NCBI GenBank assembly: GCA_965203175.1
Contig: OZ241867.1
Location: forward strand, 672,001 to 736,000
From: Candidatus Latescibacterota bacterium
GTDB taxonomy: Bacteria > Latescibacterota > UBA2968 > UBA8231
DNA: 64,000 nucleotides
Direction of reading: 5' to 3'
Positions 57,879 to 64,000 of this stretch are shown here, piece after piece. The position numbers and the translations under genes are program-made. Numbering within the stretch: the first letter of the stretch is position 1; every line of letters begins with the position of its first letter. The notes under the pieces were generated by a model. The model had not been told where the DNA came from, did no database searches, and saw only the letters and a program-made list of their open reading frames with translations.

Positions 57879-59606
57879 ATGGCGGCCATAGATCCGATCA
57901 CGCGCGAAATCGTGCGCAACGCCCTAGCTTCGGCGGCCGACGAAATGGCCATGGCGCTCTACCGCACGGCCTATTCGACTATTGTGCGGGACTGTCTGGA
58001 CTACTCGACTTCCCTGTGCGATGCCGAGGGCCAGATGATCGCCCAAGGCGTCACCATTCCGCTGCATTTGGGCTCGGTGCCCTTTGCCATGGCGACCCTG
58101 CTGGCCAAGTACGGCGACGATATAGAAGAGGGCGATGTCTTCATCCTCAACGATCCTTTTGAAGGAGGCATGCACATCCCAGACATCTTCATTGTCCAGC
58201 CCGTCTTCTCGGAGGGCCGGCGCGTGGCCTTTGCCGTGAGCACGGCCCATCACCTGGACCTGGGAGGCCGTTTGCCGGGAAGTTCGGCCTGCGACAATAC
58301 GGAGATTTTTCAGGAAGGTTTGCGCATCCCCTGGCTCAAGCTCTACCGCCGGGGCGAGGCCGACGAGGCCCTGTTCGCCCTGATCCGCGCCAATGTGCGG
58401 GTGCCGCAGATGACCATCGGCGACTTGCGGGCCCAACTCGCGGCCTGCCACATCGGTGCCCGGGCCATCGGCGAGTTGATCGGCCGCTACGGCCCCGACA
58501 CCTTTGCGCGCTGCACCGCGGATTTGATCGACTATACCGAGCGGCTGGTGCGGTCCGAAATCGCCTCCTGGCCCGACGGCAGCCACACCTTTGTCGACTA
58601 TATGGACAGCGACGGGGTGGGAGGGCCGCCGGTGCGTTTGCAGGTGGAGATCACCGTGGCGGGAGACAAACTGCGGGCCGACTTCACCGGCACGGATCCG
58701 CAGGTGAGCGGGGCTATCAACAACACGCTTTCCTTCACGTCTTCGGTGGTGGCCCTGTGCGTGCGATCCGTGCTGCGCGAGGATATTCCCAACACCGCGG
58801 GCATGTTCCGCCCCCTCGAGATTGTCGCCCCGCCCGGCACTGTGGTCAACGGAGTCATGCCCGCGGCTTCGTCCATGCGCGGCATCACCGGCTTCCGCCT
58901 AGCCGATACGATCTTCGGAGCACTGTCCGGACTGCTCCCCGATCGGGTCCTGGCCGCCGGCGAAGGGGGCAATACCCTGGTGATTATCGGGGGGCAGCGG
59001 TCCGACCGCCAGCCCTACGTGTACTACGAGCTGCTATCGGGGACCTGGGGCGGACGGCCAGACCGCGACGGCAACGACGGCCTGTGCAATCCGGCCAATG
59101 TCGCCAGCAATATCCCCGTGGAGCAAGCCGAATCCGAGTACCCAGTGCGGGTGGAGCGCTATGGGCTGGTGAACGACAGCGGCGGGGCGGGCCGTTTTCG
59201 CGGTGGTCTAGCCATCGAGCGGTCGTGGCGTCTGCTCAATGGCCAAGCGCACCTAGCCATCCGCTCGGACCGGCGCGACCACCTGCCCTACGGCCTGTAC
59301 GGAGGCGGACCCGGCACGGCTTCGATCAATACGCTGTACCGCAACGGCGAGGCCGAGACCCTGCCGACGATGATATCCACCACCATGGCCGCTGGCGAAG
59401 TGATCTACCACCGCCAGGCCGGCGGCGGCGGCTGGGGCGACCCCCTAGAGCGCGACCCCGAAGCCGTGGCCCAGGACGTGGGCAACGACAAGGTTTCGCT
59501 CGCCGCGGCCCGGGACCAGTACGGGGTGGTCCTCGACGAGTCCCTAGCCGTAGATCACGAGGCTACGGCCACCCTGCGGGCGCAACGGGCAGCCGAGAGC
59601 ACATGA
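57879..59606 (+). CDS. hyuB: Hydantoinase B/oxoprolinase family subunit
   Basis: TAYSTIVRD..DYS, NDPFEGGMHIPD, HHLDLGG, EIFQEG, DSGGAGRFRGG, GGGGWGDP. Confidence 0.92.
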   Translation: MAAIDPITREIVRNALASAADEMAMALYRTAYSTIVRDCLDYSTSLCDAEGQMIAQGVTIPLHLGSVPFAMATLLAKYGDDIEEGDVFILNDPFEGGMHIPDIFIVQPVFSEGRRVAFAVSTAHHLDLGGRLPGSSACDNTEIFQEGLRIPWLKLYRRGEADEALFALIRANVRVPQMTIGDLRAQLAACHIGARAIGELIGRYGPDTFARCTADLIDYTERLVRSEIASWPDGSHTFVDYMDSDGVGGPPVRLQVEITVAGDKLRADFTGTDPQVSGAINNTLSFTSSVVALCVRSVLREDIPNTAGMFRPLEIVAPPGTVVNGVMPAASSMRGITGFRLADTIFGALSGLLPDRVLAAGEGGNTLVIIGGQRSDRQPYVYYELLSGTWGGRPDRDGNDGLCNPANVASNIPVEQAESEYPVRVERYGLVNDSGGAGRFRGGLAIERSWRLLNGQAHLAIRSDRRDHLPYGLYGGGPGTASINTLYRNGEAETLPTMISTTMAAGEVIYHRQAGGGGWGDPLERDPEAVAQDVGNDKVSLAAARDQYGVVLDESLAVDHEATATLRAQRAAEST

Positions 59607-61210
59607 GCCCAGCGCCAGCGGACCTGCTCATCCGGGGCGGCACCGTAATCGACGGCACGGGGAAAGAGCCCCTGAGCGCGGATGTGGCGATCAAAGACGG
59701 TCGCATTGCGCACGTGGAACCTCACTGGCCCGGGACCGCGGACCGGGTGCTAGAGGCGGCGGGTCTGTGGGTCGCACCGGGTTTTATCGACATCCACAGT
59801 CATTCCGATTTTACCTTGCTGGCCGACCCTCGGGCGATGAGTTCAATTGCCCAAGGGGTAACCCTCGAAGTGGTGGGCAACTGCGGCCACGGCTGCGCCC
59901 CCCTAACCGATCCGGCCACCGCCCAGATGAATATGTACGGGTACGCGGCCGACTATCCCATTGACTGGCGCAGCGTGGGCCAGTACCTCGAACGGCTGCA
60001 AGAGCGCCAGCCCGCGGTCAACGTGCTGACCCTGGTGCCCAACGGCCGACTGCGCCTAGCCGTGGCCGGTCTGGTGGACCGGCCTTCCACACCGGATGAG
60101 TTGAGGCGCATGAAGGACCTGCTGCAGGCGAGCCTAGAGGAGGGTGCCTTTGGCTTTTCCACGGGTCTGGAATACGGGCCAGAGCGGGCCTGCTCCGAAG
60201 AGGAAATCGCTGAGTTGTGCGGCGTGGTGGCCGAGTGCGGGGGCTTGTACGCCACCCATACGCGCAATCGGGCGGGCGAGGACCAGGAGAGCATCGCCGA
60301 GGCCATCCGCACGGCTCAAACCGCAGGCGTGGCCCTGCAGATTTCCCATATCTCGGTGGTGGCACGGCTAGCCGCAGACGGCGTCCGCGCCGTGGACGAG
60401 GCCCTAGAGCAGGTGGACCGGGCGCGGCAGGCCGGGCTAGACGTGGATTTCGATATGCACACGCGGTTGTTCGGCACGACGAATCTGAGCGCGGCGCTGC
60501 CGCCCGAGGTGCTGGAGGGCGACCAAGCCGCGGTGGCGGCGCGGCTGCGCGATCCCGAGGTGCGGCGGCGAGTGGGGGCGTACCGCAGTATTGTGGCGGG
60601 GCTGGCCCAAGGCGACTGGCAGCGGATTCTCCTGTCGCAGTACGGACCCCGTCCCGAGCTGGCCGGACAGAGTCTGGCCGATATTGGCCGGGATATGGGG
60701 CTGGAGCCCACCGACCTTATCTGCGAGTTGTTGCTGGCGGCGCAGGACCGAGTCCACGAGCCGATGATCTTAGCCTTTTGCTACCGGGAAGACGAGGCGC
60801 GCCGGGTGTTCGCCCACCCGCGCTGCATGGTCGGCTCGGACGCCACGGCCCTATGCCCCGACGGTCCGCTGCAGGGGGCCGTCTTTCACGGAGCCTATAC
60901 TTGGGCGGGCTGGTTTTTCCGGCATTTTGTGCGCGATACGGGTCTTTTGTCCCCGGAGGCAGCCGTCCACCGTCTCACCGGACTGCCAGCCGGGCGCCTA
61001 GGTCTGAAAGATCGGGGGACGATCCGCCCAGGCGCCTGGGCCGACCTAGTGGTGTTCGACGGCCAGACCTTCCGCGAACGGGGCACAATCGCCGCGCCCA
61101 ATCTCATTGCCCAAGGCATGGTCCACGTGCTGGTCAACGGCGTGCCCACCCTCGAAGACGGGGCGTGGACCGGGGCGCGGGGCGGGCAGGTGCTGCGCCG
61201 GGGCGGGTGA
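59603..61210 (+). CDS. N-acyl-D-amino-acid deacylase (D-aminoacylase) family (535 aa)
   Basis: ATGA overlap at 59603; IRGGTVIDGTG, PGFIDIHSHSD, QGVT.EVVGNCG, GSD, ADLVVFD. Confidence 0.92.
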   Translation: MSPAPADLLIRGGTVIDGTGKEPLSADVAIKDGRIAHVEPHWPGTADRVLEAAGLWVAPGFIDIHSHSDFTLLADPRAMSSIAQGVTLEVVGNCGHGCAPLTDPATAQMNMYGYAADYPIDWRSVGQYLERLQERQPAVNVLTLVPNGRLRLAVAGLVDRPSTPDELRRMKDLLQASLEEGAFGFSTGLEYGPERACSEEEIAELCGVVAECGGLYATHTRNRAGEDQESIAEAIRTAQTAGVALQISHISVVARLAADGVRAVDEALEQVDRARQAGLDVDFDMHTRLFGTTNLSAALPPEVLEGDQAAVAARLRDPEVRRRVGAYRSIVAGLAQGDWQRILLSQYGPRPELAGQSLADIGRDMGLEPTDLICELLLAAQDRVHEPMILAFCYREDEARRVFAHPRCMVGSDATALCPDGPLQGAVFHGAYTWAGWFFRHFVRDTGLLSPEAAVHRLTGLPAGRLGLKDRGTIRPGAWADLVVFDGQTFRERGTIAAPNLIAQGMVHVLVNGVPTLEDGAWTGARGGQVLRRGG

Positions 61211-61222
61211 GGGCGTTAGCAC

Positions 61223-62011
61223 TTATTTCACAGAATCGCCATACCGTAAACTCAACCACCAATCAGCGTGTGGCATCCCACTCTCGTGCGTTTTTTTCAC
61301 CAGTACATCGATATCTATCGGCACGCGACGCAACTCGATGCGAAGGCCCCTATCCTCCCATGCAATAACTCCATACTCTGCCCAAGGAGGATACTCCCTA
61401 TCGTGCAGATCACTCAATGGACGTTGAGAAACTCGGCGTATGCGCTCGTGCGCAGTAATAGGAGCACCAACACTTCCAGGATTGATTATCGTGCTATCTT
61501 CATGATAACGGATCATCTGCGTGTGCGTATGTCCTCCAGCCAATACCATAGCGCGATAACCAGACAGCATGCGTTCCATTTCCTCATCTGGAGTGGTTGA
61601 AACAATTGCATCTTCATTGGATTGTGGCGAACCGTGATAGCAAAGAAGACTGGTAGTCGCATCGAGGGGTATCTCGACCGTTGACTGGAACGTACGCATG
61701 TAGTCGAGATCGTCAGGTGATAGCTTACCGACATCCCAGGATCGAACTTCATTTCCTCGCTTGGCGTTCTTGCTCTTTCCTTCATCTGGATATGGGTTGA
61801 GACACCTCGTGTCCATGTTGCCCATGACGACCGGACAATTCAGCGTCTTCAATTGGGCAATGACCTCACCTGGTTGGGGGCCTCCGGAGACGACATCACC
61901 CAAGCACACAATGCGATCAATGTGTTCTGTTTTGAGATCGTTCAAGACAGTTTCTAATGCCACGAAATTCCCATGAATATCAGAGATGATGGCGATTCGC
62001 ATGCGCTTCAT
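61223..62011 (-). CDS. Metallophosphoesterase family protein
   Basis: ISDIHGN, LGDVV, GNMD, HGSP, GHTH, NPGSVG. Confidence 0.92.
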   Translation of the reverse strand: MKRMRIAIISDIHGNFVALETVLNDLKTEHIDRIVCLGDVVSGGPQPGEVIAQLKTLNCPVVMGNMDTRCLNPYPDEGKSKNAKRGNEVRSWDVGKLSPDDLDYMRTFQSTVEIPLDATTSLLCYHGSPQSNEDAIVSTTPDEEMERMLSGYRAMVLAGGHTHTQMIRYHEDSTIINPGSVGAPITAHERIRRVSQRPLSDLHDREYPPWAEYGVIAWEDRGLRIELRRVPIDIDVLVKKTHESGMPHADWWLSLRYGDSVK

Positions 62012-62074
62012 ACCTCCATTGTAGTGAGAAAGATCATCCTCTTAACCTTGCACAGACCTGTCCGAATCCGCACG

Positions 62075-63217
62075 CTACTCTGTCCCTTCCCTTAATATCT
62101 CCAAATACCGCTCTCCATATCCCTCATAATCCAATCCCTCACTAAACGCCTTCCCCGTCTCGCTGCCATCCAACCGAGTCACTCCCCCCTCTTCAACCGG
62201 CTCAATCTGCGTATCCTCGTGCCACTCATTCCACGAAGTAACCATCAGCATTCGCCCCGTCGATTCATCCGCATACTTTACAGCCTGCGCCAGCATCGCC
62301 CGAAATAGCGATCCAAATTCGGCTTCTTCACTCAACTTCCGCGAGACCGCCTCATGTCCATTGCGCACACCTTTATCGTTAAATCCCGGCGTCGCAGCGG
62401 GTATAAACGCTGTCCCTTCAGCATGAGCCAGTTCTCGCCAACTCGCCTGCGCCGCATAATACCAATCCACTGCCGCCTGTCCCGCATAACCCTTTGCCCC
62501 CATACTGCCGTACACGTCGTAGTTCGTCACGGCATCCAGTAGCCCAATCGCCTCAGAAGACGTCGGCGGTTGTCCAAAAACCTCATCGCCGACGATGTAT
62601 ATATCGTGTCCCGCCTCTCTAGCCGTTGCGCGCATCGCCTCCACCACCTCAGTCAGCGTCCCATTGCGCGATAGTACCCGCGTCAAATAGACAAAGAGCA
62701 CTGGCCGTCCATCGATCCGCAGATAGTTGGGGTGGTCGAAATAGCGTTCGGCTATATAGACGATGTCCGGTGCGACGCGATTGAACACTGAAAAATCCCT
62801 TGTGCGCCCTGTAGTCTCATAAAACAGCGCAATCTGCATATCGTCTAATTCATCGTGCGGCAGAATATGCTGTAGCAGAGTCTGATCTTCGCGAGAATCG
62901 GGACCCCACCAACTCGCCACCCACAGCGATATATTGGCCTGTCGGCTCCACTTGAGATGCTGGGCGATCACCGCGGGATCGCGATCGTCGTACTCGCCCA
63001 GCATCGGCAACTGCGGCGGTATCAACTCTTTGCGCATATAGCGGCCGCCGTGAAAATCGCCGCTGTACCAGGGGTAATAATAGACGCCTACGGTATAAGG
63101 TGAATCCATTTGGTCTTTATCTGGACTACTCATAGGATCTTCGCCGTTACATGCATTGGGAAACACGAGGAGGATGCTGCATAAAACAGCCAGAAGGAAT
63201 GGCCTACTAAAAAACAT
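62075..63217 (-). CDS. Secreted glycoside hydrolase, GH99/GH71-like (380 aa)
   Basis: Signal-like N-terminus; YYYPWY, SWWGP, YLRIDGRPV, PGFND, TSWNEWHEDTQIEP. Confidence 0.85.
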   Translation of the reverse strand: MFFSRPFLLAVLCSILLVFPNACNGEDPMSSPDKDQMDSPYTVGVYYYPWYSGDFHGGRYMRKELIPPQLPMLGEYDDRDPAVIAQHLKWSRQANISLWVASWWGPDSREDQTLLQHILPHDELDDMQIALFYETTGRTRDFSVFNRVAPDIVYIAERYFDHPNYLRIDGRPVLFVYLTRVLSRNGTLTEVVEAMRATAREAGHDIYIVGDEVFGQPPTSSEAIGLLDAVTNYDVYGSMGAKGYAGQAAVDWYYAAQASWRELAHAEGTAFIPAATPGFNDKGVRNGHEAVSRKLSEEAEFGSLFRAMLAQAVKYADESTGRMLMVTSWNEWHEDTQIEPVEEGGVTRLDGSETGKAFSEGLDYEGYGERYLEILREGTE

Positions 63218-63770
63218 GGGTACGCTCAATCCACTTGTCCCGATCCAAGAGAAATACACACCGCTCGGGCAATATGCGGTCCGCAAATTCGCCTTTACCC
63301 GGTCCGGGCGGTATGCGCTCCGTCTCCTCGAAACCTAGCCGGTGGAGAAGCCGGACAGACCGTTTGTTTGCAATAACGCATCTGGCTTCAATCTCGTCTA
63401 GATCCAAATCTTCAAAACCTACCTGCAGGATGACCCGGATCGCCTCCGACGCAAAGCCCTGACCCCAATAAACGGGCGACAACTCGTAGCCGATGTCACC
63501 CCGCCGGCTCTCAATGCTTTCTGTGCGCACTCCGCAGTCACCGAGTAATACCCCATTTGAGCGGTCCGTGATGGCTAGCTGGAATTTGCACCTCGGATTT
63601 TCCTTAGACAGTGCGATGCACTTGTCTACAAAGCGGGCACACGCCTCTCTAGTGTAGGGAGGCCGGTAGTAGTATTCCAGATACCTTGGATCTCTCCTAA
63701 ACTCGGCGACGGCGTCCACGTCTTGTCTGGTGAACTCCCTCAGGAGCAGGCGTTCAGTCAGCTTCTCCAT
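63207..63770 (-). CDS. GNAT acetyltransferase (RimJ/RimL-like)
   Basis: TERLLLREF, IGYELSPVYWGQGFASEA, N..SVRLL.RLGF. Confidence 0.88.
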   Translation of the reverse strand: MEKLTERLLLREFTRQDVDAVAEFRRDPRYLEYYYRPPYTREACARFVDKCIALSKENPRCKFQLAITDRSNGVLLGDCGVRTESIESRRGDIGYELSPVYWGQGFASEAIRVILQVGFEDLDLDEIEARCVIANKRSVRLLHRLGFEETERIPPGPGKGEFADRILPERCVFLLDRDKWIERTHVF

Positions 63771-63783
63771 TGCGGTTGGTGTT

Positions 63784-64000
63784 CTACTTGGAGTAGGGCT
63801 TCTGAAGGTCAGTACTGAGCGCGTGAGCCAGTTCCCGCAGCACATCGACCGCCATAAGCACGTCTTCCCTTCTACAGTCGAACTGCCCGACTTGGAAGCG
63901 GATGACAAACTGGCCCTCGTGGATTGTCTGCGTCAGGTAAATCCGGCCGTCGTCGTTGACCGCGCGGAGCAAGCGCTCGGTGGCGTCGTTGGCGTTCTCG
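63784..64000 (-). CDS. C-terminal part of a PLP-dependent aromatic-L-amino-acid decarboxylase family protein (5' part outside the window)
   Basis: Frame open to the window edge; ERLLRAVNDDGRIYLTQT...VIRFQVGQ resembles group II decarboxylase C-termini. Confidence 0.7.
   Translation of the reverse strand, partial: ENANDATERLLRAVNDDGRIYLTQTIHEGQFVIRFQVGQFDCRREDVLMAVDVLRELAHALSTDLQKPYSK

Overview
Gene-dense, mostly GC-rich bacterial window with about 55 CDSs. I could not support any rRNA, tRNA, CRISPR array, integrase or transposase. The content (tandem secreted proteins with TPNGDG/FlgD-Ig-type C-termini, proteins ending in TAVExxTWGRIK, a DUF6785/DUF6784-like membrane protein, six PhyH-family dioxygenases, a sulfatase, a heparinase-like lyase and hydantoinase/oxoprolinase genes) resembles Candidatus Latescibacterota or Poribacteria-like genomes; this is inference and no marker gene is present. 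Layout: 1-15.1 kb is a cell-envelope/secreted-protein cluster; 15.1-33.4 kb is catabolic and housekeeping-type enzymes; 33.4-43 kb is an AT-richer patchwork of small modifying enzymes; 43-64 kb is catabolic operons mixed with further AT-richer singletons. Strongest leads: (1) three PhyH paralogs that lack the HxD/E carboxylate (HGT, HGG, HCA) and share a Glu four residues before the distal His, so they are candidate halogenases or have a rearranged iron site; (2) two inverted secreted CBM9/DOMON-like paralogs whose predicted mature chains begin with His and end in a shared TWGRIK motif, bracketing a membrane transporter-like gene, a heme c/FG-GAP protein and a TPR lipoprotein; (3) a perfect 30-bp GTAG-type palindrome that supplies a stop codon; (4) an apparent excess of CCTAG suggesting a cytosine-methylation mutational scar. 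All family calls come from motif recognition by eye; no searches were run.
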